Source: an uncultured Arcobacteraceae bacterium
GTDB lineage: Bacteria; Campylobacterota; Campylobacteria; Campylobacterales; Arcobacteraceae
DNA length: 64,000 nucleotides
Reading direction: 5' to 3'
Assembly (NCBI GenBank): GCA_964022095.1
Contig: CAXHZO010000009.1
Coordinates: 1-64,000, forward strand
The notes below the pieces were generated by a model. That model did not search any database. It was not told the origin of the DNA and saw only the letters and a program-made list of their open reading frames with translations. Made by a program: the position numbers and the translations under genes. How positions within the stretch are numbered: the first letter of the stretch is position 1; each line of letters opens with the position of its first letter. This document shows, piece after piece, positions 41,572 to 52,546 of this stretch.

Positions 41572-43023
41572 ATGTTTAACTTTGGAAAAACACAAGAAGA
41601 GGAAGGAAGACTAATTGCAATGGATGAAAACTTTGCGATTATTTCATTTAAGCCAGATGGTACAATAATTCATGCAAATGAGAATTTTTTAAATGCTTTA
41701 GGATACTCACTAAACGAAGTAGCTGGAAAGCATCATAGAATATTTTGTGATAAAACATATGCTGATTCCCAAGAGTATATAAATTTTTGGAAAGACTTAG
41801 CAGATGGAAAAGCTCAAATAGATGAATTTGAAAGATTTACAAAAGATGGAACTTCTGTTTGGATTCAAGCTTCATACACTACAGTAAAAGATAAAAGTGG
41901 AAAGGTAACTAGAGTTATTAAATTCGCTCAAGATATTACAAGTGCTAAAAAAGTTACAAACTCTGTAAGCAAAGCTATTGATTTAGCAAAAACAGGAGTT
42001 TTTAATCAACAAATAACTGAAACAACTGACAATGATGGAATTGAAGAGCTTAAAAATGGTGTTAATGAGCTATTTAAAATTGTATCTTCAAAAGTTGATG
42101 GGGACTTAAATAAAATTTCAACTGCATTAAACTCTTTTCAAAAGTTAAATTTTACACATAGAATTTCTGGAGACTTAGGTGAAGTATCTGTAGGATTAAA
42201 TAACTTAGCAGACATTATCAACCAAATGTTAGTTGAAAACAAAGAAAATGGTTTAACATTAGATGAAAGCTCAAATGTATTACTTTCAAATGTTGATAAA
42301 CTAAACACTAGTTCAAATGAAGCTGCTTCATCACTAGAAGAGACAGCTGCTGCACTAGAAGAAATAACATCAAACATTAGAAACAATACTGAAAATATAC
42401 ATAAAATGGCTTCATATTCTAGTAATGTTACTAAATCAGCTAATGAAGGTGAAAACCTTGCGAATCAAACAACAGTTGCTATGGATGAGATAAATACACA
42501 AGTTAACTCTATAAATGAAGCAATTAGTGTAATTGATCAAATTGCATTCCAAACAAATATATTATCACTAAATGCAGCAGTTGAAGCTGCAACTGCTGGT
42601 GAAGCTGGAAAAGGGTTTGCTGTAGTTGCTCAAGAGGTTAGAAATTTAGCTGCTCGTTCAGCTGAAGCTGCTAGTGAGATTAAAACTATTGTTGAAAATG
42701 CTACAACAAAAGCTAATCAAGGTAAAACTATATCTAATAATATGATTGAAGGTTACAAACATCTAAATCAAAATATTACAAATACAATAGATCTTATCCA
42801 AGATATTGAAATGTCAAGTAAAGAACAACTAAGTGGAATTGAGCAAATAAATGATGCCATTACAAACTTAGATAGACAAACTCAACAAAATGCAATGATT
42901 GCTTCTGAAACACATGATATAGCTGCATTAACTGATGAAATAGCTAAACTTGTTGTTTCAAATGCAAACTCAAAAGAGTTTATTGGCAAAGAAAATGTTA
43001 AAGCTAAACAAACAAATAAATAA
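41572..43023 (+). CDS. Soluble PAS-domain methyl-accepting chemotaxis protein
   Basis: PAS (ANENFL...GKHH...WIQASY); [30 protein letters not shown]; no TM segment. Confidence 0.93.
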   Translation: MFNFGKTQEEEGRLIAMDENFAIISFKPDGTIIHANENFLNALGYSLNEVAGKHHRIFCDKTYADSQEYINFWKDLADGKAQIDEFERFTKDGTSVWIQASYTTVKDKSGKVTRVIKFAQDITSAKKVTNSVSKAIDLAKTGVFNQQITETTDNDGIEELKNGVNELFKIVSSKVDGDLNKISTALNSFQKLNFTHRISGDLGEVSVGLNNLADIINQMLVENKENGLTLDESSNVLLSNVDKLNTSSNEAASSLEETAAALEEITSNIRNNTENIHKMASYSSNVTKSANEGENLANQTTVAMDEINTQVNSINEAISVIDQIAFQTNILSLNAAVEAATAGEAGKGFAVVAQEVRNLAARSAEAASEIKTIVENATTKANQGKTISNNMIEGYKHLNQNITNTIDLIQDIEMSSKEQLSGIEQINDAITNLDRQTQQNAMIASETHDIAALTDEIAKLVVSNANSKEFIGKENVKAKQTNK

Positions 43024-43030
43024 AAGATAG

Positions 43031-43780
43031 TTAGTTTAGTAGTAACTTTATTGATATTGCAAAACAAACTATAACAACAACTGGACGAATTAACTTTTGT
43101 CCTTTTGATATTACTAGTTTAGCCCCAACAACTGCTCCTAATACTTGACCAATTCCCATTAGTAAACCAACAATAATTACAACTTCTCCGTAAAATAAAA
43201 AAAACAATAATGCTGCAAAATTTGTAATAAAATTTAATACTTTTGTTTCAATTGTTGCTTTTGAAATGTTATATCCTAAAAAATAGATAAAACAAATAGT
43301 AAAAAATGAACCCGTACCAGGTCCAAAAAAACCATCATAAAATCCAATTGCAAGAACAAAAGTAAAAGCATATAAACTACTAGACATGAGTTTATGCTTT
43401 TCGACTTCACCTACATTTTTAGTTACTAAAAAATAAATACCAATAAATATTAATAATATAGGTATTGTTTTTTCTAGTATTGATGGGTCAATTTGTAAAA
43501 GGGCAACTCCACCTAAGATAGAACCTACAAATGCCATAAGTATCATTAATTTCATTTGTTTTATATCTACAAGTTTTTTTCTAATAAAATAAATTGATGC
43601 AGTGAATGTTCCAAAAACAGATTGAAGTTTATTTGTGCTTAGTGCTTGAATTGGACTCATGCCAACTGATAATAATGCTGGTAAAGTAAGTAATCCACCA
43701 CCACCTGCAATAGTATCTATAAGTCCTGCAAAAAATGCAGCTAAAAATAGTATTGAAACTATTTCAATAGTTAATTCCAT
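43031..43780 (-). CDS. TSUP (TauE/SafE, YfcA-like) transporter
   Basis: AGLIDTIAGGGGL, TNK, GFYDGFFGPGTG. Confidence 0.88.
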   Translation of the reverse strand: MELTIEIVSILFLAAFFAGLIDTIAGGGGLLTLPALLSVGMSPIQALSTNKLQSVFGTFTASIYFIRKKLVDIKQMKLMILMAFVGSILGGVALLQIDPSILEKTIPILLIFIGIYFLVTKNVGEVEKHKLMSSSLYAFTFVLAIGFYDGFFGPGTGSFFTICFIYFLGYNISKATIETKVLNFITNFAALLFFLFYGEVVIIVGLLMGIGQVLGAVVGAKLVISKGQKLIRPVVVIVCFAISIKLLLN

Positions 43781-43825
43781 AATAATAATCCAATTTTAAA
43801 TTAGGCAATAGTATTACATTAATTA

Positions 43826-45142
43826 TTATAAAATAGAGTTTATAGGCTCCAAGGGAATAGAAATTTTGAAAACTGCTCCTTTATGACTCTGGTTTTCATA
43901 CTCATAGTTTTCATTTCTAGCTTGTATTCTTCCGCACATACTATCTTCAATGATTTTTTTACTCATATATAAACCTATTCCTGTGCCCTTATCATCATCT
44001 TTTGTTGTAAAGTAGCTATCAAAGATTTTTGTTTTTATATTTTCAGGAATCCCACCTGCATTATCTTTTATTTCTAAATATAAGTACTTTTCATCTTTAT
44101 ATGTCTTTATAAAAATCAATTTTTTTGGTTTATCTAAGCTTTTTAATTCATCATAGGCATTTTTTAAAATATTGATTATTACTTGTAGTAATTCATTTTC
44201 ATATCCATATAAATCAATCTCTTTTATATCTTTTATTAGTTGAATATTACTATTTATTAATTGTGCATTTATAAGTTTGAATACTTTTTCTAAAGAGTTA
44301 CTTATTTTAAAATAGTTTATAACCTTACTTGGTTTAAAAAAGTTTCTAAAATCATCTATTGTGTGAGCCAAGTTTTCAACTGAATAATCAATAACCTCAA
44401 TTGATTCATCAACTTTTTCATCAAAGTCACCATATTGTCTATTTAGTTTTAATAAAGCATTTGAAGCTCTAATTGTAGAGAGAGGCTGCTTCCACTGATG
44501 AGCTATATTTGCAATCATTTCGCCCATAATTGCCATCTTTGATTGCTGTACTAATAGGTTTTCTTGTTTTCTAATTTGTGTTAGGTCTAAAGCTGTTGAA
44601 ATAAAAACTTTTTTACCATCAACAACTCCATATGGACTTATATAAATATACCAAGTTAATACTCTTTTATCTTTAGTATTAATTTTAAACTCACCTAATC
44701 CCACTTTTTTATTTATGTTTTGATGTGATTTAAAAAGCTTTATAGTATCTTGAGCTTTATCTCCAAAAACTCTATATGACCATTTTTCTAAAGTAGATAC
44801 TTCTTCATACTTGTATCCAGTTAACTTAAACCAAACATTATTTATTTTTAAAGGAATACCATCTTCGTTATATATTACTATTGGAACTCCAACATTGTTA
44901 AATACATTTTCAAGACTTTGTCTTAAGTTTTCTTCTTCTTTAAAATATTTATTAAAAAGAAAATATATTAATATTGCTGTTACAAGTATGAAGAAAATTC
45001 CTTTTAAACTCTGCATTAAAGCTAGTGCTTCACTATCTTTTACAAATTCATGTAAAATACTATCTGAAAAAAGTATCCATAATATACTAAAGAATATATA
45101 AAAAAATGATACTTTTATTGCGGGGGATGTTGATTTGAACAT
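43826..45142 (-). CDS. Orphan PAS sensor histidine kinase (two TM segments)
   Basis: IAHQWKQPL, DNAGGI, GTGIGL. Confidence 0.88.
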   Translation of the reverse strand: MFKSTSPAIKVSFFYIFFSILWILFSDSILHEFVKDSEALALMQSLKGIFFILVTAILIYFLFNKYFKEEENLRQSLENVFNNVGVPIVIYNEDGIPLKINNVWFKLTGYKYEEVSTLEKWSYRVFGDKAQDTIKLFKSHQNINKKVGLGEFKINTKDKRVLTWYIYISPYGVVDGKKVFISTALDLTQIRKQENLLVQQSKMAIMGEMIANIAHQWKQPLSTIRASNALLKLNRQYGDFDEKVDESIEVIDYSVENLAHTIDDFRNFFKPSKVINYFKISNSLEKVFKLINAQLINSNIQLIKDIKEIDLYGYENELLQVIINILKNAYDELKSLDKPKKLIFIKTYKDEKYLYLEIKDNAGGIPENIKTKIFDSYFTTKDDDKGTGIGLYMSKKIIEDSMCGRIQARNENYEYENQSHKGAVFKISIPLEPINSIL

Positions 45143-45330
45143 ATACTTAAAACCTATTTTATTCTTTACATAATTTAATTATTAATTATAACAGAACAAG
45201 ATGAAATGAATATAATATTTTTTTAAAAAGATATATTTTTAATACTTATACTTCTTAAGCCTTATGTATTATATTTAATGATATAGTTTATTTATAAATA
45301 ATTAAACAAAATTCTCTATAGAAAAAACGT

Positions 45331-46077
45331 ATGATAAAAACAATATTAATTTTAACTCTTTTTTGTATTTCTTTATTTGCTCAAAAAATTAACATTGCAG
45401 TTGCAGCTAATGTTAGCTATGCAATCAATGATTTAATAAAACAGTTCAATAAATCAAATCCTAATACAAAAGTAATAGTAACACTAGGAAGTAGTGGAAA
45501 ACTAACAGCACAGATTAAAAATGGTGCACCATATGATATATTTATGTCTGCAAATATGAAATATCCAAACTCTTTATTTGAAGATAAAATTGCTATTACC
45601 AAACCTATAGTTTATGCCCATGGAAGTTTAGCCCTTCTCACTGGAAAAAATCTTGATCTTTCAAAAGAACTAGAACTTTTAAAAGATAAAAAAATCAAGA
45701 AAATAGCCATTGCAAATCCTAAAACTGCACCTTATGGAAAAGCAACAGTACAAGCACTAAAAAATGCAAATATATATGATTTGATATATAAAAAATTTGT
45801 GTATGGAGAATCAATTTCTCAAACTGTAACCTATGCCACAAGAGCTACAGATATAGGATTTATTGCAAAATCTTCACTATATAGTTCAAAAATGAAAGCC
45901 TACAAAAAAAATATCCATTGGATTGATATTGATTCATCTTTATATACTCCAATAAATCAAGGAATTGTAATACTAAAAAAAGCTTCAAAGATTCAAGAAG
46001 CAAAAGATTTTTATGAATTTATATTAAGCCAAAAAGCAAAAAATATATTTAAAGAATATGGATATTTAATTCCATGA
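45331..46077 (+). CDS. modA: Molybdate ABC transporter substrate-binding protein
   Basis: AVAAN, GSSGKL, DIFMSAN, NPKTAPYG. Confidence 0.93.
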   Translation: MIKTILILTLFCISLFAQKINIAVAANVSYAINDLIKQFNKSNPNTKVIVTLGSSGKLTAQIKNGAPYDIFMSANMKYPNSLFEDKIAITKPIVYAHGSLALLTGKNLDLSKELELLKDKKIKKIAIANPKTAPYGKATVQALKNANIYDLIYKKFVYGESISQTVTYATRATDIGFIAKSSLYSSKMKAYKKNIHWIDIDSSLYTPINQGIVILKKASKIQEAKDFYEFILSQKAKNIFKEYGYLIP

Positions 46078-46475
46078 ATAGATTAAAAGCCCTTGTAACA
46101 AATATTGATAGATTAGACAGTTTAAATATTGTTAGTTTTGATTTTAGTGGAATAACTCTAAAAATGATGAGCTTAGAACTCAATGAAAAAATCAATATTG
46201 GAACAACTGTTATTCTTGCAGTGAAACCAACCCATGTAACTTTTGCTAAAAACTTTCAAGGTTATATTAGTGTAACAAATCAATTTAGAGCAAGAATAAA
46301 AGGGATAAATAACGGCAAACTACTAAGTAGTGCTATTTTTGAGACAAAAGGAACTTTAATAGAAAGTGTTTTTACAACTACTAGTTTAAGACAAATGAAC
46401 CTACAACTTCATGATGAGTTTACAATCATGGTAAAAGCTAGTGATATCTCTATAAAGGAGATTTGTGATGATTGA
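46074..46475 (+). CDS. Tandem TOBE/Mop molybdate-binding domain protein
   Basis: N.LKA...VKPTHV and SVTNQF...VKASDI repeats; lies between modA and modB. Confidence 0.8.
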   Translation: MNRLKALVTNIDRLDSLNIVSFDFSGITLKMMSLELNEKINIGTTVILAVKPTHVTFAKNFQGYISVTNQFRARIKGINNGKLLSSAIFETKGTLIESVFTTTSLRQMNLQLHDEFTIMVKASDISIKEICDD

Positions 46476-47160
46476 TACTTTTACAAACATTGATTTTCAA
46501 CCGTTTTATATCTCTTTTAAATTAGCATTTGTCACAACTTTGATTTTGTTTATTATATCTTTACCACTATCTTGGTACTTATCTCAAACCAAGTCAAAAG
46601 CAAAACCATTTTTAGAAGCTATTACTGCACTTCCTTTAGTACTTCCTCCTTCTGTAATTGGATTTTATATTTTATGGGCATTGTCTTATAATTCACCTAT
46701 TGGAGCTTTTTTTGAAGAGACTTTTGGAGTAAGTTTAGTATTTAATTTTACGGGACTTGTCATAGCAAGTTGTTTTTATAGCTTGCCTTTTATGGTACAA
46801 CCACTTCAAAATGGATTTGAAAGCTTAGATAAAAATATGCTAGAAGCAAGTTTTATTGCAGGTAAAGGGAAAATAAAGACTATATTTAAAATAGCCCTTC
46901 CAAATATCAAACCAGCTTTATTAACTGCACTAATAGTGACTTTTGCCCATACAGTTGGTGAGTTTGGAGTGGTTTTAATGGTGGGTGGAAGTATCCCAGG
47001 TGATACAAAAGTAGCCTCTGTTGCAATATATGAATTTGTAGAAATAATGGATTATAGCTCTGCTCATGTGTATAGTATTATTATGATAATAATCAGTTTT
47101 TTAGTGCTACTTAGTGTTTATATTTTTAATCAAAAGAATAATAAAAAATTTGGGGTATAA
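46468..47160 (+). CDS. modB: Molybdate ABC permease
   Basis: LPLVLPPSVIGF, FAHTVGEFG. Confidence 0.94.
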   Translation: MIDTFTNIDFQPFYISFKLAFVTTLILFIISLPLSWYLSQTKSKAKPFLEAITALPLVLPPSVIGFYILWALSYNSPIGAFFEETFGVSLVFNFTGLVIASCFYSLPFMVQPLQNGFESLDKNMLEASFIAGKGKIKTIFKIALPNIKPALLTALIVTFAHTVGEFGVVLMVGGSIPGDTKVASVAIYEFVEIMDYSSAHVYSIIMIIISFLVLLSVYIFNQKNNKKFGV

Positions 47161-47237
47161 AAATAACAAAATGAAATACTTTTTAATAAAATAATTTATT
47201 TTTGCTAGTATTAAAGTAAATAAGAGAGGTAAAATAA

Positions 47238-48140
47238 ATGAACAATTCAAATATTGAAAACCAAATTATTACAATAGATAATATCAAAACAAAAATATAC
47301 ACCATTAGAGATCTTCAAGTTATGCTTGATAGTGATTTAGCTTTAATTTACGGTGTAACAACAAAAAGACTAAATGAACAAGTAAAAAGAAATATCGAAA
47401 GATTCCCTGAAAGTTTTAGATTTCAACTAAATAAATTGGAAAAAAATGAGCTGGTCGCAAAATGCGACCACCTTGAAAATCTAAAATTCTCAACTTCATT
47501 ACCCTACGTTTTCACAGAACAAGGTGTATCTATGCTAAGTGCTGTACTTAAAAGTGAAACTGCTATAAAAACAAGTATAAAAATCATAGAATCATTTGTA
47601 AATATGCGAAAATTCTTATCTTCAAACAATGAACTCTTTCAAAAAATAGAAACTTTAGAGAAAAGACAAATATCTTATGAAATAAAAAGTGATGAAAAAT
47701 TTGAAGAAATATTTAAAGCAATAGAAGAAAAATCTATCAAACCAAAACAAGGAATATTTTTTGAGGGTCAAGTTTATGATGCCTATATATTTATTTCTGA
47801 TTTAATCAAAAATGCTAAAAAAAGTATAATCTTGATGGATAATTATATAGATGATTCAGTTTTAACTCTTCTTTCAAAAAGAGATTCAAAAATAACTGCT
47901 ATAATCTATACTAATAATATAAATAAACAACTCCAATTAGATATCAAAAAATATAATCTACAATACCAAAAAATAGAGATAAAAAAATTTACTCTAAGTC
48001 ACGATAGATTTTTAATAATAGATGAAAATGAGATTTATCATATAGGAGCTAGTTTAAAAGACTTAGGCAAAAAATGGTTTGCCTTTTCAAAACTAGATAT
48101 CAATAGTTTTGAACTATTATCAAAGATAAAGGAAGTATAA
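47238..48140 (+). CDS. ORF6N DNA-binding domain plus C-terminal PLD-like (HxR variant) domain
   Basis: QVMLDSDLALIYGV, VKRNIERFP, FTEQGVSMLS; C-terminal DNYID and SHDRFLIID...HIGASLKD. Confidence 0.8.
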   Translation: MNNSNIENQIITIDNIKTKIYTIRDLQVMLDSDLALIYGVTTKRLNEQVKRNIERFPESFRFQLNKLEKNELVAKCDHLENLKFSTSLPYVFTEQGVSMLSAVLKSETAIKTSIKIIESFVNMRKFLSSNNELFQKIETLEKRQISYEIKSDEKFEEIFKAIEEKSIKPKQGIFFEGQVYDAYIFISDLIKNAKKSIILMDNYIDDSVLTLLSKRDSKITAIIYTNNINKQLQLDIKKYNLQYQKIEIKKFTLSHDRFLIIDENEIYHIGASLKDLGKKWFAFSKLDINSFELLSKIKEV

Positions 48141-48141
48141 A

Positions 48142-50244
48142 TTGGAATTAGTTTATTTATGGGTTGAAAAGTATAAAAATATAGAAAATCAAGGCTTTAA
48201 TTTCTCTCCTAGATTTGATTGTAATTTTGATAAAAGAACTAATGAAAATGAAAAACTTGATTTAAAAAATAGTATTTTATCAATAAAAGAAAAAAATGAT
48301 TCAATAAATTTATATCCTAATAATATTAATGTAACAGCTATTGTTGGAGAAAATGGTAGTGCAAAAAGTACATTAGTTGAATTAATCACTTTCTTTAGAA
48401 TTGAGAAAATAGGTAATATATTAGAAAATAAAATCTTAATTTTAGTATTTGAAGAAAATGATACACTATATATTCCTGATATGAATTTTATAGATTTGTC
48501 TCACTCCTTTGAAAAAATCAATATACAAATTATTAATAAAACTAAATTTAATATTCAAGAAGGGTATACCCATGCAAGTGAACTTTTTGATATCAGTATA
48601 TTTTTAAATGATTTAAGTAATTTTACAGACCAATCTAAAATACATGAATCTTTAAAAATTGATAAATATGAAAGTTTATATAATGGCTATCATATCTTGT
48701 ATGAAAATGATACAAAAGACTATTCTTTAATCCAAAAAGAGTTTGATGCAAAATATGCGTTTATAAATTCTAAAGATGATAAATTTTTTCACTTTCTAAA
48801 CGAAAAATTCTTGTTTAGTAAAATGAGTATAAATATTGATGTTGAAAGTTTAGTCAATTTTAATTTTTTAAATGAAGAAGACAAAGATATTTTCAAAGAA
48901 ATAAAAAAATATTTTTATGATTTTTCAGGTTATACTCTGTCTGAAGAAGCTTTAATTTATAAAAAAGATTATGAAAATAGATATACATCAGAATATTCAA
49001 AAATACAAAAAGAATATCTAATTTATAAAATGACATCTTTTTTACAAATAAAAAACTATTATCGTCTTATAAACAATTTTTCTAGAGATTTTAAAGAAGG
49101 AATTCTAAAAGAAAAATATCTAAAAAATGTATTTAAAGAAATTGAAATTCAAATTACTCCTTTTTCTCCTTCACAAAATATAAAAAGTTCATATAATATA
49201 TTAGAAAAAAAAAGATTAAGCATATCGTATTTCAATAACTTAATAATTAATTTAAATAAAGCTTTTAATTACATTGATAAATCATTTATTGATTTATTTA
49301 AAGATAAAAAGGGCTTATTAAAAGACTACAAAAGCTTTAGAAAGGAATTAATAAAATTCAATCACTATAAAACTTTTATAAAAATAGTTAGTAAAAACTT
49401 TAAGCTTGTTCAAGACCGACCAAAAGATATTTTATCAATTAAATTTGATAAAATTTCATCCTCAATTATAAACAATTTTAATAAGAAATTAAATAAAAAT
49501 ATAAATTTTGCAACTTTATATAATTCTGGTCAACTCTATATGAATTTTCTACATGAAACTAATGATAACTACACATATCAGAATTTAAGCACTGGAGAAA
49601 AATCATTATTAAAATTCTTAGTAAACTTTGTCTTCACTATAAATAATTTAGATTATTCAAAAAGATCAGTAATTTTCTTTGATGAAATTGAATGTAGTCT
49701 TCATCCAATTTGGCAAAAAAAGATATTTAATATTATTTTGAAACTAATATCAAAAAAGATGTTTATAGAAAATAAAACTAAATGGCACTTTATATTTTTA
49801 ACTCATTCCCCTTTTATATTATCAGATATACCTAAAGAGAATGTAGTTTTTCTTAAAAATGGTAAACAAGAATATCCATTTAAAGAAAATGAACAAACTT
49901 TTGGAGCAAATATTCATACTCTTTTATCTCATGGTTTCTTTATGGAAGATGGTCTTATGGGAGAGTTTGCAAAAAGCAAAATTGAAGCTATAAAAAACTT
50001 TTATGACGATGTTAAAAAATCTGAAAATCCAAAAGATGAATTTTTAGAAAAATATATAAGCAATATTGAAGAATTTAAAAATATTCAAAAAATTATTGGT
50101 GAACCATTTTTGAAAACAATTATAGGTAATTATCTTGAAGAATTAGAGTTGATTCTTTCTGATGAAGATTTAATCAATAAAGAACTAAAAGAACTAAAAT
50201 CTAGAATAACACATTTAAAGAAGTTACGAAATGACAAAAATTAA
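48142..50244 (+). CDS. ABC/AAA_15-21-type ATPase (PtuA-like)
   Basis: Walker A GENGSAKST, signature LSTGE, Walker B/D-loop FFDEIECSLHP, H-loop THSPF; TTG start. Confidence 0.85.
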   Translation: MELVYLWVEKYKNIENQGFNFSPRFDCNFDKRTNENEKLDLKNSILSIKEKNDSINLYPNNINVTAIVGENGSAKSTLVELITFFRIEKIGNILENKILILVFEENDTLYIPDMNFIDLSHSFEKINIQIINKTKFNIQEGYTHASELFDISIFLNDLSNFTDQSKIHESLKIDKYESLYNGYHILYENDTKDYSLIQKEFDAKYAFINSKDDKFFHFLNEKFLFSKMSINIDVESLVNFNFLNEEDKDIFKEIKKYFYDFSGYTLSEEALIYKKDYENRYTSEYSKIQKEYLIYKMTSFLQIKNYYRLINNFSRDFKEGILKEKYLKNVFKEIEIQITPFSPSQNIKSSYNILEKKRLSISYFNNLIINLNKAFNYIDKSFIDLFKDKKGLLKDYKSFRKELIKFNHYKTFIKIVSKNFKLVQDRPKDILSIKFDKISSSIINNFNKKLNKNINFATLYNSGQLYMNFLHETNDNYTYQNLSTGEKSLLKFLVNFVFTINNLDYSKRSVIFFDEIECSLHPIWQKKIFNIILKLISKKMFIENKTKWHFIFLTHSPFILSDIPKENVVFLKNGKQEYPFKENEQTFGANIHTLLSHGFFMEDGLMGEFAKSKIEAIKNFYDDVKKSENPKDEFLEKYISNIEEFKNIQKIIGEPFLKTIIGNYLEELELILSDEDLINKELKELKSRITHLKKLRNDKN

Positions 50245-51178
50245 CTATCCAAAAGATTTTGATAGAAATAAATATTATGAGAAGATATCAAAAAAATATT
50301 TCTATATTAGTAAAAATGAATATTTAAAATTTAAAATTAAATCTCATTCAACTGATAAAATTACACTTGAAGAGATTTTCAATTATTTTAAAACAAATAA
50401 AATAGAAAATTTTCACACTATTTTCAAAGATATCAGTTTTAAATATTTGCTGATTGGAAACTTTCTTATATTAAAAAAAATAAAAAAATATCTTAAATCA
50501 ATAAAAGGAAATAAAGGCATTGATTTCCTGTTTAATTATACTTCTTTACAAAGTAAAAAAATCAAACCTTTTTTTGAAGATAATCTCTTAATTTCAACTT
50601 GTTATTACTGTAATATTGACTTTATAAATGTTTACTCTAAGAAAAAAAGAAAAAAAAATAAATTTACACTAGACCATTATTTTGATAAATTTACTTACTC
50701 TTATTTAGCGTTATCTCTTTATAATTTTGTTCCTAGTTGTTATACATGTAATAGTAAACTAAAAGGTACTATTGAGTTTAATAATTTATCTCCAACTTCT
50801 AAAAAATACAACTTCAATGAAAAAGTAAGATTCAAAATAAAGTTATCGAGTAATTGTAAACATTTAGATATTAAAGATAAAACAGATATTGATTTAGAAT
50901 TAAAAGAAAGCTATTCAAAAGACTATAAAGACTTTATTGAAAAAATGTTTTTAAATGAAAGGTATGAAGTTCATAAAGACTTAGTCTTTGATATGATTAA
51001 AAAAGCAGAACTATATCCAGAAAGCAGATTAAAAGAGTTACAAAACCTAACTGGAATGCCATTTCAACAAATAAAAAAAGATATTTTTAATTTAATTGAC
51101 GAAAATGAAGATTTATCAAAAAAACCTTTTAGTAAACTAATCAAAGATATTAGTGAAGAATTAGGATTAATAAAATGA
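50231..51178 (+). CDS. HNH-type endonuclease (PtuB-like)
   Basis: CYYCN...LDH...NFVPSCYTCN zinc/HNH pattern; overlaps the ATPase stop and the modC start. Confidence 0.82.
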   Translation: MTKINYPKDFDRNKYYEKISKKYFYISKNEYLKFKIKSHSTDKITLEEIFNYFKTNKIENFHTIFKDISFKYLLIGNFLILKKIKKYLKSIKGNKGIDFLFNYTSLQSKKIKPFFEDNLLISTCYYCNIDFINVYSKKKRKKNKFTLDHYFDKFTYSYLALSLYNFVPSCYTCNSKLKGTIEFNNLSPTSKKYNFNEKVRFKIKLSSNCKHLDIKDKTDIDLELKESYSKDYKDFIEKMFLNERYEVHKDLVFDMIKKAELYPESRLKELQNLTGMPFQQIKKDIFNLIDENEDLSKKPFSKLIKDISEELGLIK

Positions 51179-52023
51179 TTGAAATAAACATAGAAAAACA
51201 ATTGCATGGTTCACAAGGACAAATGAACTTAGATATAGATTTACAAATACAAAATGGTGATTTTATAGCTCTAAGTGGTCTTAGTGGTAGTGGTAAAACT
51301 ACACTTTTAAGAATCATTGCAGGTCTAGAAGAAGCAAGTGGAACTATAAAAATAGATGATGAAATTTGGCTAGATGAAAGACACAATCTTGCAGTTCAAA
51401 AAAGAAAAATCGGTTTTGTATTTCAAGATTATGCACTATTTACTAATATGTCAGTAATGCAAAATCTTCTTTATGTTTCAAATGATAAAAAATTAGCAAG
51501 TGACTTACTAGAAATCACAGAACTAAGTGAACTAAAAAATAGAATGCCAAATACTTTAAGTGGTGGACAAAAACAGCGAGTTAGTTTATGTAGAGCCATG
51601 ATGAATAAACCAAAACTACTACTTATGGATGAACCCCTTTCAGCACTTGATCCAGCTATGAGAACAAAACTACAAAGTGAAATTTTGCAACTTCACAAAG
51701 AGTTTAATACAACTACAATAATGGTAAGCCACGATCCAAGTGAGATTTATAGACTTAGCAATAGAGTTATAGTTTTACAACAAGGTAAAATCATAGATGA
51801 TGGAGATGCTAGAAAAGTACTACTTAAAACAAATGGTAGTGCAAAATTCTCTTTTGAAGGAGAATTACTAGAAATCATAAAAGTTGATGTAATCTCAATT
51901 GCTATTGTATCAATAGGTCAACAAATAGTTGAAATTGTAATTAGTCACGAAGAAGCTTCAAATCTAAGTTTAGGACAAAAAGTAAATGTAAGCACAAAAG
52001 CATTTGCACCACTAATTGATTAA
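51175..52023 (+). CDS. modC: Molybdate ABC ATP-binding protein
   Basis: GLSGSGKT, VFQDYALF, LSGGQ, MDEP; C-terminal TOBE. Confidence 0.93.
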   Translation: MIEINIEKQLHGSQGQMNLDIDLQIQNGDFIALSGLSGSGKTTLLRIIAGLEEASGTIKIDDEIWLDERHNLAVQKRKIGFVFQDYALFTNMSVMQNLLYVSNDKKLASDLLEITELSELKNRMPNTLSGGQKQRVSLCRAMMNKPKLLLMDEPLSALDPAMRTKLQSEILQLHKEFNTTTIMVSHDPSEIYRLSNRVIVLQQGKIIDDGDARKVLLKTNGSAKFSFEGELLEIIKVDVISIAIVSIGQQIVEIVISHEEASNLSLGQKVNVSTKAFAPLID

Positions 52024-52037
52024 AAAAGTCTTTATAT

Positions 52038-52454
52038 CTATATCACCAAATAAGCTAAAAAAAGATATCTTAAAAATTTGGCAATTACTACAAGTACAAT
52101 AAATTTTTTAATATCATATTTTAAAACTCCAGCAATAAATGTAATAGGATCTCCAATTATTGGAAGCCATGAAAACAAAAGTGTAAAAGCTCCATATTTA
52201 TCGAAAAACTTTTTAGAGACTTTTATATATTTCTCTTTAATATAGTTTTTTTGCACTAAGTACTCTTCACCTTTTAATCCTATAAAGTAATTTACAAGTG
52301 AACCCAAGCTATTTCCAAGTGTTGCAAAAAATAAAAGTAAATAAATATTATAGCCTTGAGTAATATCATAAATAAGTAAAGCTTCACTTCCAAGTGGAAA
52401 TAAAGTAGCTGAAATAAAGGCTGTAAAAAAGAGTGTTATATATATCATTAACAT
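52038..52454 (-). CDS. YqaA/DedA (VTT) family membrane protein
   Basis: FISATLFPLGSE, GNSLG, WLPIIGD. Confidence 0.85.
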   Translation of the reverse strand: MLMIYITLFFTAFISATLFPLGSEALLIYDITQGYNIYLLLFFATLGNSLGSLVNYFIGLKGEEYLVQKNYIKEKYIKVSKKFFDKYGAFTLLFSWLPIIGDPITFIAGVLKYDIKKFIVLVVIAKFLRYLFLAYLVI

Positions 52455-52546
52455 AAATTATAACTGTTTTATGCTAAATTAAAGTTTGTTTAAATATAAT
52501 AGCGAACTCAAAAGAGGAACACTGAGAATATATTGGTATTTTCAAT

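Noticed and set aside
45240-45330. ModE-type operator upstream of modA
   Set aside because: Only weak TATAT-like matches in a very AT-rich tract; not distinguishable from background by eye
47161-51178. Retron (Ec78-like) interpretation of the ATPase + HNH pair
   Set aside because: No reverse transcriptase ORF (no YADD-type motif), and the 77-nt upstream gap shows no msr/msd-like inverted repeats
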